From Octopus bimaculoides (lineage: Eukaryota): 64,000 nt of DNA. Below the pieces are notes generated by a model, which saw nothing but the letters and a program-made list of their open reading frames with translations, was not told the origin of the DNA and made no database searches. A program made the translations under genes and the position numbers. Of this stretch, positions 48,023 through 59,313 are shown piece after piece. Within the stretch, counting starts at the first letter, position 1. Each line of letters starts with the position of its first letter. The stretch covers positions 34,573,225 to 34,637,224 of the forward strand of contig NC_068992.1 in assembly GCF_001194135.2 (NCBI RefSeq). The letters run 5' to 3'.

Positions 48023-49020
48023 TAAGTTATTTTACATGCAAACATGTGTAAAAAAAGGCATATACATGTTGTCATATATCGATAAGAAATCAGATATATA
48101 ATTCTTTGTCAATGGAAGGCTTAAGATTCTCCTCCACAAAAGTAGTACTCCAGAAAGAAAATTAATAGGATAAAACAAATGCTGTAAAGTATTGGCTATA
48201 GGAATAAATTGGAAAATCAAATAATGCAACAAGAAAAAAAAAAAATTAAAATCACCAGGCACAGCCATATTCACAACCGAAACATAAGATATATATGAAT
48301 AAAATGTTCATCAGTCATTAATTAAATAGGAAAATCCATTATCAAAAACCTCATTAAAAAGTACAAAATATGCTTTTATTCCATCAGAAAGTAACAGGAA
48401 TAATATATCACAAGAACATGGAAAAGGAAATGGTAATCAACAATAAACCACAAGCCAGGAGGCTTGTAAATGACCTTTATGTAACCAATTTAATGTCCAA
48501 ATACAACTCTAAACACAAAATCTGTAATCTTTATGATTTTGTTAAATTGGGCGTACACACACTACACTTTTTGTCTCACTGATTATGCACCTACAACAAC
48601 AGAGAAAACCAAAAAAACTGCAGCACTCTATCACACAAAACAAAAGTACATAAAGTCACTAGAAATAACATAATCTACACAGAACAGCTAAAACTTTTAG
48701 ATAATTAATCATGGAAGCTATATTAATAGTGGAAACAATGTACTAAATTGAAAGAGCAAACAAAAAATTTCTAAAAGAAAAACCAAGGCCAATGTGCAGA
48801 ATTATGTTGGAACAACAGAGTGAGATAACTCACCATTCTATACACAAACACAAAAAAAAAAACCAATAAGAAAATAAATTTCCAATACAAAAATGAAAAC
48901 TGAAGCAGTTATTGTCTGACTGTCAGCACACACAAATACACACAGCACCTAGTTGTCTAACAAGTTTTCATGAATCAGAAAAAAACAGGAACTCATGCAT
49001 TAAATGACTGATTGTAATTA

Positions 49021-49070
<50 letters not shown>

Positions 49071-49072
<2 letters not shown>

Positions 49073-51360
49073 ATAGACTTATTTTTATCATGTGCTTTCA
49101 CTGTACTACTGACCATAGCTCTGTATGCCTTGGGTATGTGGTGTGGTTTGTTTTGATGTTATTTATACTGTTAAAAGTACTTTACCTGGAATGTGTGCAG
49201 TACCTAGCAGTGCTACTTTCAGTATGTTATATATATATTCGTAAGTCCTTGTGTTTTAGTTATGAATTTGTCTCTATATTTTGTAACCATAACGAATGCA
49301 TCCATTTACAGGCTCCATATTTGGGTTATCCCTACTTCCAGATCTTTGTATTTTGAGAATTTCTCTGTTTCTTTTAGAGATACATTGTCACCTGTGGAAT
49401 TGATATTCTGATTAGAAGGCATTTTTATTCTTGATGGTTCCCAATGACAATATCTAGCCCATTAGCCTAAATCTCTGCATGCACTGGCATAACCCAGAGA
49501 AAGGTTGATCTGTCATTTTCAGGGACATGTTTATATTATTTATGTTTTAGTTGTCATTCCATAGTACTGGCACAGCTTCCAGTATATACACATCCAAAAT
49601 TTGTCATGTCTGTCTGGATATATTCTTTCTTAGCCAGAAATGGGTAGCCAGAGGCCATAACATTTATCATTTCTTTCCCATTAACACATATTCTGCAGTT
49701 ACTTATTGTATTTTTCTTCATTTTGTATTTTTGATGCTTTTTGATATGGAGGTTTTGATCTTGTGTTGCAATTAAAAATCCTTCAGTCTCTGCTTTGAGT
49801 TCTGAGATTCTCAACCATTTAAAAAAAATTACTTTGTCTATTTCTTTTCTGTTTATCATATCCCAGCAGTTTCTATGTAAGGGTTTTTCTTGCCATCGTT
49901 TTATCATGGTATTTTGTCACTCCAGTTCCAGCTTGTATTTGGGTTACTTTAGAGCTTTTGTTGTTCCTTCTTTTTCTTCATGTGTCAGGTATTATGATTG
50001 CTTTCTTACATTTTTCAGTTTCCCCAAAGACTGAAAATAGAGTTTTTGCTCATGGTTTGTATCTATTTGAGCCAGCTTTCCCTGATTCTGAGTTAGAGGT
50101 TTCTGTAATCCTACAGTGGATATTTCACAGTAATTTTCTAGTTGTATAAGGCCTCTAGTTTCAATTCATTGCATATATAACCTTTCTACATTAGACTGTG
50201 GATGGTGTATTTTAAATTCCATCATTATTTTTCATGTCTTCCTGTCTAGTTTGACTAGCTCATTTAATATCCAATTAAGAATATTGCAACCATAACATAT
50301 AACTGAGACAGTTAAAGAATTGACACTAAATCTTACTTTTCCCATTGTGCTGTTTTAAGTACTAATCTAACTTGTCTATAATATTCCTTCCTTATCTTCT
50401 CTTTCATTTGTATTTGTTGTACAATATATAGGTCATTAAGTATTTCTGTGTTTGGGTTTGATCTAGTTCTCTTATTTCATTTTCTGTATCTAGTGTGAGG
50501 TTTTTAATTTTTAACTAGTTGTCTTGTGTTCAAAGTTGCTTTGGCACATTTTTCTCACTTCAATTTCATATTTATTCCTTTGGTAAATCCATGCTTTGTC
50601 TGTAGTAATATTTCCAGCTGTTTATCATTTGCAGCATGCAGCTTGAGATCCTCCATATACCATAGCTTTTGTATCCACAACCAGTTCTGTTAAGCAAGTT
50701 ACCTGAAGGCATCAGTGCCAGACAGAAAAGGAGTGGAGAGAATAAGTTTCCATGGAATATTAATCTTCCAACTGGGATGGCTTTAGTTTTTATAATTTTC
50801 TACTTCCGTCTCTTGTGAGTAGAGCACTATTGTAAAAATAAGTGTGTAGGATAGAAATACATTCCTTTAATGTCCACATGTTCTTTTGATTTTATAAGTG
50901 ACGAATAAGGAATAATACCAGCCATTTAAATGTATTTGTTAACATTTTTGTAGGGTGCCAGTCTGCACATTTCTGGTGTTAAAGAATTTTGCATGTTTAA
51001 TTTTCCATACTTTTTGTCTTTCAAGTTTAAAGTATGCACTTCTCATTTGCTATTCTTGAACTGAATAATATGAGTGTTATTTAATTTTTTCTTCTTTCCT
51101 TGTGAATGATGATAAGAACAGAGGCAGCCTCTTGTTAATATGAACTGCAATCTGGTGATCATATTCACATGTGTTGGAGATTATAAACATCTATAATGCA
51201 TCCGTTAATGCAGAAAAGAGAATTAAATTTTAATGAGTATTACTTGGTTATGATCCAACATTGTGCCAGTGTTTTTTTAGCTGACATTAGTTGTTTTTAT
51301 TTCTGATGATTTTAGACAGATTTCAAAGTAATGCATTATCATTCTCACATGTTAAACACC
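49071..51360 (-). mobile_element. Dong/R4-clade non-LTR retrotransposon (RT plus C-terminal RLE), 5'-truncated, flanked by (TAA)n
   Basis: IFHGNLFSPLLFCLAL, YMEDLKLHA, EKCAKATL, WQEKPLH, LKAETEGFLIATQDQ, CRICVNGKEMIN..SG zinc knuckle, NGLDIV / SKYKDLE RLE-like motifs; (TTA)n at 49020-49070 and 51361-51423. Confidence 0.85.
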
Positions 51361-51396
<36 letters not shown>

Positions 51397-51423
51397 GATA
51401 ATTATTATTATTATTATTATTAC

Positions 51424-51638
51424 TAAGGTGGTGAGCTGGCAGAATCACTAGCATGCTAGGCCAAATGCTTAGCAGTATTTCATCCGTTTTTATGTTCTGA
51501 GTTTAAATTTCACCAAGATTGACTTTTCCTTTCATCTTTTTGGGGTCAATAAATTAAGAATCAGTGAAACGCCGGGGTCGATGCAATCAACTCATCCCCT
51601 CCCCCAAAATGGCTGCCCATGTTGCAAAATTTGAAACC
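51424..51638 (+). mobile_element. tRNA-derived SINE, family A
   Basis: aaggtggtgagctggcagaatc...; (ATT)n flanks. Confidence 0.85.
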
Positions 51639-51659
51639 ATTATTATTACTATTTTTATT

Positions 51660-51787
51660 CAGCCACAGTTGACTTTACCTTTCATCTTTTTGGGTTTGAT
51701 AAATTAAGTACCAGCTGCGTACCGGGGTCAATCTAATGAACTGGCCCTCTCCCCCAAAATTTCAGGCCTTGTGTCTATAGTAGAAAT
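51660..51787 (+). mobile_element. Family A SINE 3' fragment
   Basis: gttgactttacctttcatc...aagtaccagctgcgtaccgggg; followed by (ATT)n to ~51860. Confidence 0.75.
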
Positions 51788-51798
51788 GATTATTATTA

Positions 51799-51855
<57 letters not shown>

Positions 51856-52281
51856 TTACTATTATTATCTATAATAGTACAGTAATAATAGTGTAATAAT
51901 AAGAATATCATATAGTCTCATGACAGCCAATTAATGATACTAAATACTTTCATGGCAACAATGGAGAGGTCACAATTTTCAGACATAGCTGAATGGAAAA
52001 GTATAGCTTGAGCTGTTTTCTACTGGAGACCTGAAAATGCCACAGCTGGTTTATAGGTGCCATTTTTGTTGTAAAAGAAAAGAAAAGGGAAAAAAAAAAT
52101 AATGCAAAAACATAGCCATTGCAGATAGAATGGTAGAAGAAAGAAGTAATCAGAGTTATGTCCTTTGGATTGGTCTCTCTGTTTATTTAGCTGCATTCTA
52201 GCGTTCAGGTAGCAAAAATTCTGCTCCACCTTTATGTGCTATTTGATTGTAGGGTGAAGGCAAGTATATATTAGCCAGCCA

Positions 52282-52560
52282 TGAGGGTGCACGGCCTAGT
52301 GGTTAGGATGTTGCAAGTTCGTGATTTCAATTCCTGGACCAGGTGGTGCATTGTGTTTCTGAGCATAACACCTCATCTCATGTTGTTCTGTGATCACTTT
52401 GACAACTAATGTGTGGCACACAGTGCACCTGTTCAGGTAACTTCAGTTTAATAGAGGGAATGAGCTGATGTACAGCACATGCATTTGATCACTATAAACA
52501 AATCATTTATCCCAGATGTTTAGCAACAAATTGTAGAACCACGTTTCTCAGCCTATGAGA
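52282..52560 (+). mobile_element. Family C tRNA-derived SINE (decayed)
   Basis: ggtgcacggcctagtggttagg head and tgtgtttctgagcataacac core-like block. Confidence 0.55.
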
Positions 52561-52693
52561 CACTATCATCATTAGCCAACTGGTAGGTTTCACCCTAAGT
52601 ATATGTATTGTTTCTTCTTCCATTGGTACTTCTCTCACCATAAATGAGGAGCTATTATTTTTCTCCTGATACTCATCATTTACATACAACATA

Positions 52694-53090
52694 GGCACAG
52701 TCGTGGCTGTGTGGTAAGAAGCTTGCTTTCTAACCACATGGTTCTGGGTTCAGTCCCACTGCTTGGCACCTTGGACAAGTGTCTTCTATTATATTCTAGG
52801 GCCAAATAAAGCCTTGTGAATGGATTTGATAGACAGAAACTGAAAGAAGCCCATCATGTGTGTGTGCTTATGTGTATGTCTCTGTTTGTCCACCTCGCCA
52901 TCACTTGATAACCGATACTGGTGTATCTATGTGCCGATAAATTAATGGTTTGATAAAAGAGTCTGGTAGAATAAGTACTAGGCTTACAAAGAATAAATCT
53001 TGGGGCTGATTTCTTTGACAAAACTCTTTAAGGCAGTGTTCCAGCATGACTGCAGTCAAAAGACTGAAACAAATAAAAGAATAAAGAAAG
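52694..53090 (+). mobile_element. Family B (OR-like) SINE
   Basis: ggcacagtcgtggctgtgtggtaagaagc...gggttcagtcccact... Confidence 0.88.
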
Positions 53091-53893
53091 AGAACACACT
53101 GTTATGCACACACATATAGATGACCATATCTTAAAAGCTCCCCCACTTCTCACATCCTTCTTCCCACCACTTCACTGCACCTCTATCCCATTTTTTCTGT
53201 TTTCCTCTACACTCTTACCCACTCTTCACCTTACAATTAAATATCACATAAAAGTAGACTTTTTGCCACCTGAATTTTGAAATGCTGGTCACCAGCCAAA
53301 AGCTGTGGACATGTCCTTCTGCATCAACAGTCATGAGATTCTTGAGATTAACCTTGCCTCTCATTTTGGTGCTGGTCCAGTTATCACTATCAGATTTTGT
53401 TTTATGTTCTCTAGATGCAGATATAATTTCAATGAATCAAAAATTTGTACGTTATCAATTATATGTCTTGTCTTTGTTATTCAGGTACATACTTGTAGCC
53501 ACTCTAAGCTACCTCTCTTAACTCAGTTTAATTTTAAATTAGAAAATTACCAAGGCCTTCAATGCATAATTCTTATTTCTTTTTTTGTCCAATCATTTCA
53601 CCTGTTAGATAAAACATAAGACAACTGCTGTACTAATGAAGTCCATTAAGGCAGAAAACAAATGTCTACAGATGCCCATTTGTCTCAAGACAAACTGTCT
53701 CTTCCTTAAGGTCGTTTCAAAATTTTGGAGAATTCTTTCTTCTTGTGCTTATCACTGTTTTACATTTACAATTGGTACAATTATCACCAGTGATTATTTC
53801 ACTTTCTCTTGAAGTGGAGATAATTTCAATACATCAAGAATTTATCTTCTGTTAGTAATTAATACACTTATATTTGCATACTGTTTACATATA

Positions 53894-54312
53894 GGTGTAG
53901 AAGTGGCTGTGTGGTAAGTAGCTTGCTTACCAACCACATGGTTCCGGGTTCAGTCCCATTGAGTGGCACCTTGGACAGGTGTCTTCTACTATAGCCTCAG
54001 GCTGACCAAAGCCTTGTGAGTGGATTTGGTAGACGAAAACTGAAAGAAACCCATCGTATATATGTATATGTATATATATATATGTATGTGTGTGTGTATA
54101 TGTTTGTGTGTCTGTGTTTGTCCCCCAACATCGCTTGACAACCGATGCTGGTATGTTTACATCCCTGTAACTTAGCAGTTCGCCAAAAGAGACCGGTATA
54201 ATAAGTACTAGGCTTACAAAAAATAAGTCCTGGGGTCGATTTGCTCGACTAAAGGCCGTGCTCCAGCATGACCACAGTAAAATGACTGAAACAAGTAAAA
54301 GAGTAAAGAGTA
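53894..54312 (+). mobile_element. Family B (OR-like) SINE
   Basis: Near full length, with agtaaaagagtaaagag tail. Confidence 0.9.
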
Positions 54313-54344
54313 TATATATACATACATATTTTTTAATTCTTTTC

Positions 54345-54627
54345 CCCTTTTATTTGTTTCAGTAATCTGACAACAGCCAAGCTGGATCACTATCTTCTAT
54401 AGTTTTAGTGGATCAAATTAACCCCAGGACTTATTTTTTTAAGCCTAGTACTTATTCTATTGGTCTCTTTTGTTGGACTGCTAAGTTATGGGGAAGTAAA
54501 CACATGAACACTGGTTGTCAAGCGGTGATAGAGGACACACACAAATCTAAAGACACACACACACACACACATATATACAATAGGTTTCTTTCAGTTTTTA
54601 TCTGCTAAATGCACTCACAAGGTTTCT
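54345..54627 (-). mobile_element. Family B SINE (partial), inverted relative to 53894-54312
   Basis: aagcctagtacttattctattggtctc...tttcagttttt..ctgctaaatgcactcacaagg. Confidence 0.8.
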
Positions 54628-54637
54628 NNNNNNNNNN

Positions 54638-54695
<58 letters not shown>

Positions 54696-55039
54696 CATTT
54701 AATGTAGAAATTTTTTAGAAAAAGTTACTAATAATTACATGTTGTAGCGATACAATAGTTTGGCAGGTTTATAAAACATGCCAAGCAATCTTTCAAGATC
54801 ATTCCATACCAACTGATGTCTAAATGTATGCACAAAGCCTGAGAGGTTGCTTGGTGATACATGGCATGTTATATAAATCTGCTAAATTATTATAATTCTA
54901 CTGCATGAAGCTATTAGTTGCTCTTTTGTAAATTGTGTATATTAAATGATCTTTATCTCGTCCTGGATAGAGTACGTGTTTTGTTGATGCTACCTAAAAT
55001 GGAACAATATATGTGTGTGTGTGTGTTTGTATGTATCTC

Positions 55040-55330
55040 TGGGAGAGCAATGCCTGTCAACACCACAGATGGAGGAAGCAGGTTAAGGAGGGAGCTGACA
55101 CCTTTGAAAGAGCTGTATGAAGAATTTAAGCATGCAGCTCAAAAGCTCAATGTTAGTATAGTGAATGGGGAAAGCTTGGTTTGCAATGTTGGCAGTCGAA
55201 TATGCTTGTCAAGAGCAGGGCTCTTTAGCCACCAACAGAGCTGCAAATGCAAAATATAAGTTAGTCCTAGAGTGCACAATCTTCCTAAAGGTCAGCAATG
55301 GTGTTCCTCGGTCACAAGTAGACGGCCATT
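55040..55330 (+). mobile_element. RTE LINE extreme 3' remnant with C2H2-type zinc finger
   Basis: CNVGSRICLSRAGLFSHQQSC matches the C-x2-C-G-R-x-C-x-S-R-x-G-L-x-S-H-x-R-x-C terminus known from RTE-1-type ORFs. Confidence 0.6.
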
Positions 55331-55334
55331 GTAT

Positions 55335-55546
55335 CCTTTTCTAATTGTTTCAGTCATTTGACTGTGGCCATGTGGGGGTAGTACTCTGAATGGATTTATT
55401 TGCACAAATCAACCCCATGACTTATTTTTTCTGAAGCCTAGTACTTATTCTATTGGTTTCTTTTGTCAAACTGCTAAGTTATGGGGACATATACACACTA
55501 ACACCAGTTGTCAAGCAGTGGTAGGAGACAAACACAATGTCACAAA

Positions 55547-55598
<52 letters not shown>

Positions 55599-55758
55599 CA
55601 TATATATAGAATAGCCTTCTTCCAGATTTCGTCTACCAAATCCACTCACAAGGCTGAGACTATAGCAGAAGACACTTTCCCAAGATACTACATAATGAGA
55701 CTGAACGCAAAACCATGTAGTTGGGAAGCAAGCTTCTTACCACACAGCCACCTGTGCC
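55335..55758 (-). mobile_element. Family B (OR-like) SINE
   Basis: Head gcaagcttcttaccacacagccacctgtgcc at 55728-55758; internal (CA)n. Confidence 0.85.
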
Positions 55759-55938
55759 TATATATATGTGTGTGTATGTATGTGTGTATGTGAGTGTGTG
55801 TGTATGCGTGTATCATTCCATAACAGCTGCCTCTGATGAGTGGAGGGTTACGTAATTGGACTGTTACCCAACGCTCCATTGAATCCTTAGTGCAAAGCCA
55901 GTTGGTAAGATTGGCCATAATGGATATATAATACTTTG

Positions 55939-56004
<66 letters not shown>

Positions 56005-56008
56005 GATA

Positions 56009-56130
56009 GAAAGTGTGAGATGCTTACGGCATGTAAGTTTCCCAAGCAGTTACCCATCTAATTACTCACTGGGCTTGACATTTCTTAACTTCGGTGATCA
56101 GATGAGAACTGGTGCTTTCAACGAGCATGA
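56009..56130 (-). pseudogene. 5S rRNA-derived copy 1 (pseudogene or SINE3-like)
   Basis: Minus strand catgctcgttgaaagcaccagttctcatctgatcaccgaagttaagaaatgtcaagcccagtgagtaattagatgggtaactgcttgggaaacttacatgccgtaagca covers about nt 10-119 of 5S; followed by tctcacactttc. Confidence 0.85.
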
Positions 56131-56411
56131 TGAAAGGAAGGAAATATGGCACAATGGTCGTACAATTTAGAACAGTAGAGGAGGCGAGGAGGCACTCCAT
56201 CCATCTCTATGACTGCCCTTACCAGCTCCTCCTCTGCTGAAGACAACTCAGACCCGCTAAAGTCTGAGTACATCGTCTCTATCCTCAAAGCAGCAACAAA
56301 AACCAACGTCTGACACAACCGACACACCGAATGCACTCTAAGTGACACATGCTTGGGAAGCAAGCTTCTTACCCCACAGCCCCTTTTGCACCTATATATA
56401 TATATATATAA

Positions 56412-56507
56412 CAAAAAGTGTGAGACGCTTACAGCACCTAAGTTTCCCAAGTGGTCACCCATCTAAGTACTCACTAGGCTCATTGAAAGCATCAGTTCTC
56501 ATCTGAT
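56412..56507 (-). pseudogene. 5S rRNA-derived copy 2, rearranged (3' half on minus, 5' fragment inverted)
   Basis: 56425-56480 is the 5S 3' half on the minus strand with the tail tctcacactttt; 56481-56507 cattgaaagcatcagttctcatctgat is a 5S 5' fragment on the plus strand. Confidence 0.8.
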
Positions 56508-56882
56508 GCTACACGGATGGTAGTCGAACCAAGAAAGTAAGGTCAGGCTTGACGAAACACCGGTCATGTGGAAGGAAAGGAGAGGGATAGGTGGCAGAGG
56601 GATTGAAGAATTAGGGAGGGATGAGAAAGAGAGAAAAGGAAAGGAAAGGGACAGAGTAAGGTGAAGGAGGAGGGAAAGTGATGAGAATGAAGGGAAGGCC
56701 AAGAAATGTGAGAGAGGGCGAGCGAGAAAAAGAAAAGTGGAAAGAACGAAGAAAGTGTGAAGGGGCTAAAAGAAAGAGTAAAGGAGTTGTACATAATTTA
56801 TATATATATATATATATATATACTTACATATGAGACCAAAAGTGTACGTACACTGCCATATGTATATATAGAAAGAACAAGA

Positions 56883-57750
56883 TTAATGTTGACATTATGA
56901 CCCGGAAACGAAATCGACAAAAGATAGGGCAACGGGTGTAGAAAAAATGTGTAGAAAACGAATATGAAAATAAAAATGCATGTAAAACAATGGGGGTGGG
57001 GGAGGACTTAGGAAAGTTCAAAAGATCCAAGTTTTTTCCCCAGAACTTGTAGGAAAATGGGTTTTTTAAATGAAATTTTATATAGATATCTTTCAAACGG
57101 CATACATTACGATTATAACGAAATTTGTGGGTAAAATCTTTTCCGAAGGAGTGAGGAGAGGACTTTGAAAAATTCACAAGATCTGACTTTTTCCCTTCGT
57201 GACTTTAAGGAAAATGGATATCTTTTCATGAAATTGTATATAAATACCTTTCACACGACATGCATTACAGATGCCTAATGTGCCGCAAACCCCTTATTTT
57301 TATTTGGAAAAATGGTGGGGGAAATATGGGAAATACTGGAAACCGGAAGTATGGGAAAATGTTTTTCTTTTTTACGATGAATGAATTACGGAGACTTAAT
57401 ATGCCACAATCTGCAATGTGGGATTAATATATCCAGTGATTTTTAAGAGATATGTAAAAGATATTTTGTTTTAATATTATATTTTTACTTGTTTCCCACA
57501 CAAATTTCGTTATAATCGCAATGTATGCTGTATGAAAGGTATTTGTATAAAATTTCATTTAATAAAACCCATTCTCCTAAAAGTTATGAGGGAAAAACTC
57601 GGATCTTGTGAATTTCCCAAAGACCTATCCCCACCGCCCACCCCATTACTTCCTGTACGTTTTTGTTTTCATATTCACTTCGTACACCTTTTTTTACACC
57701 CGTTGTGCTAAATGTTTTTATTCGTTTCCGGGTAATAATGTCAACATTAA
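56883..57750. mobile_element. Non-autonomous fold-back element with ~250-bp TIRs bounded by TTAA
   Basis: ttaatgttgacattatgacccggaaacg...cgattataacgaaatttgtg versus the reverse complement of 57491-57750; a further internal subrepeat at ~57160-57260. Confidence 0.8.
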
Positions 57751-57774
57751 CTAAAAACAAAACAAATTACGGAA

Positions 57775-58495
57775 CAAGAATGTAACAGGCGACAACAAAA
57801 CATCCGGACAGTTAGATGATACAAAAAAGAACAGGAAAAAATAAGGACGGGTCATTCGGAGCTTTCTTTCATCAGTCGAGTTCCAGATCGTCGTTGCAGT
57901 TTCAGCTGGTTACACGCGAGACTGTTCCAATCTGGCCAGCCAATCTTCACCTCACTCTGTCCCGTTTTTCTTTTTCTCTCTTTCTCATCCCTTCCTAATT
58001 CTTCAATCCCTCTTCCCCCTACTTCTCTCCTCTCCTTCCATCTGACTGGTGTTCTGCCAAGCCTGATCTTTTTTCTTAGTTCAGCTGTCATCCGTGTAGC
58101 ATCTCTTATATTTCTTCCCATGACATTCATCTCTTATGTTCAGGCTGTAAGGCTTCACTTCTACACACGCTAGCTTAATTTAATTTATCCTAAGTCGAAA
58201 AACACCTGTTGTTTGTATTTGTAATTATGTACCATTTCTCCATTTTTCGTGCTTGTTTTTGTATATATTCACTTGCTTTCTTCCAAAGAATCTAGTGCTC
58301 TGAGCTTAGAATTTCTTGAGGCCAGCCAGATTGGAGCAGTTTCGAGTGTAATTGGCCTAAACTGCAATGATGATTTGGAATTCGACTGGCGAAAGAAAGC
58401 TCCTAATTATCCGTCCTTGCTTGTTCCTATCCTTTTTTGTATTATCTCACTCTGGATGTTTTCTTGTCGCCTGCTACATCCTTGATCCACTTTTT
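57775..58495. repeat. Composite repeat with inverted duplications (57775-57950 vs 58318-58495; 57945-58105 vs 56505-56665)
   Basis: Alignments by eye, e.g. gatgctacacggatg...caggcttg...gattgaagaattagg.agggatgagaaagagag in both orientations; 58130-58318 resembles 41660-41860. Confidence 0.75.
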
Positions 58496-58547
58496 TTATA
58501 TATATACATATAACAGCGTTTGTACACTTTTGGTCTCCTGTATGTAA

Positions 58548-58600
<53 letters not shown>

Positions 58601-58800
58601 AGTATATATATATATACACATATATACGCATACATATATAAATATGTATATATATATACATATAAAAATATATATTTATATACATACACATACATACATA
58701 TATAAACATGTATATATATACATATATAGCCATGTACATATATACATATACATATATACATACCCACACACACGCACGCACACACACATATATATACATA

Positions 58801-59016
58801 CGCCGAGCTGGCAGAAACGTTAGCACACCGGGCAAAATGTTTAGCAGTATATCGTTTGCTGCTACGTTCTGAGTTCAAATTCCACAGAGGTCGACTTTGC
58901 CTTTCATCCTTTTGGGGTCGATTAAATAAGTACCAGTTATGCACTGGGGTCAATATAATCGACTTAATCCGTTTGTCTGTCCTTGTGTGTAGCCCCTTGT
59001 GGGCAGTAAAGAAATA
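58801..59016 (+). mobile_element. Young family A SINE
   Basis: cgccgagctggcagaaacgttagcacaccgggc...ccccttgtgggcagtaaagaaat. Confidence 0.9.
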
Positions 59017-59278
59017 ACACACATATATATACATACACATATATACATACACACACCCACATGCATACACATATGTATATACATACATGCGTAGACATGT
59101 TTACATGCTACCTTACACACACAGACACAGATGCCAGCCATTCTTCATACTCTCCTGTTCCAGAAAGCACTTTCTCTTTGTTCATCTACTTCCAGTCATT
59201 CCAAAATATAATGACACGTTGGCTGTTGGCGACTTTTTCCTTCCTCTTTCTTTTGTTTTGGACTTCCGTATGCCACCT

Positions 59279-59313
59279 GTTTCCGAAGAAGAGCTTTGCT
59301 CCAAACGTAAAAC
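59279..59313 (+). ncRNA. Decayed or variant minimal hammerhead motif in a solitary PLE pseudo-LTR-like segment (~59130-59420)
   Basis: GTTT-CCGAAGA-A-GAGC/ttt/GCTC-CAAA-CG-TA-AAAC; palindromic ACGT stem III; two core deviations (U4C, G12C). Confidence 0.45.

Noticed and set aside
53270-53440. Minus-strand NLKNLMTVDAEG peptide resembling a ZNF862-type hAT C-terminus
   Set aside because: The similarity is too short and needs a frameshift; not supportable without an alignment.
56021-56130. Functional 5S rRNA gene
   Set aside because: The 5' nucleotides are missing or displaced, and there are multiple substitutions in the helices and internal control region; classed as a derived copy.
57850-57885. 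CTGATGA...GAA motif on the minus strand resembling a hammerhead
   Set aside because: No convincing stem I or II, GAAA is incomplete, and the inverted copy at 58380-58410 lacks the core.
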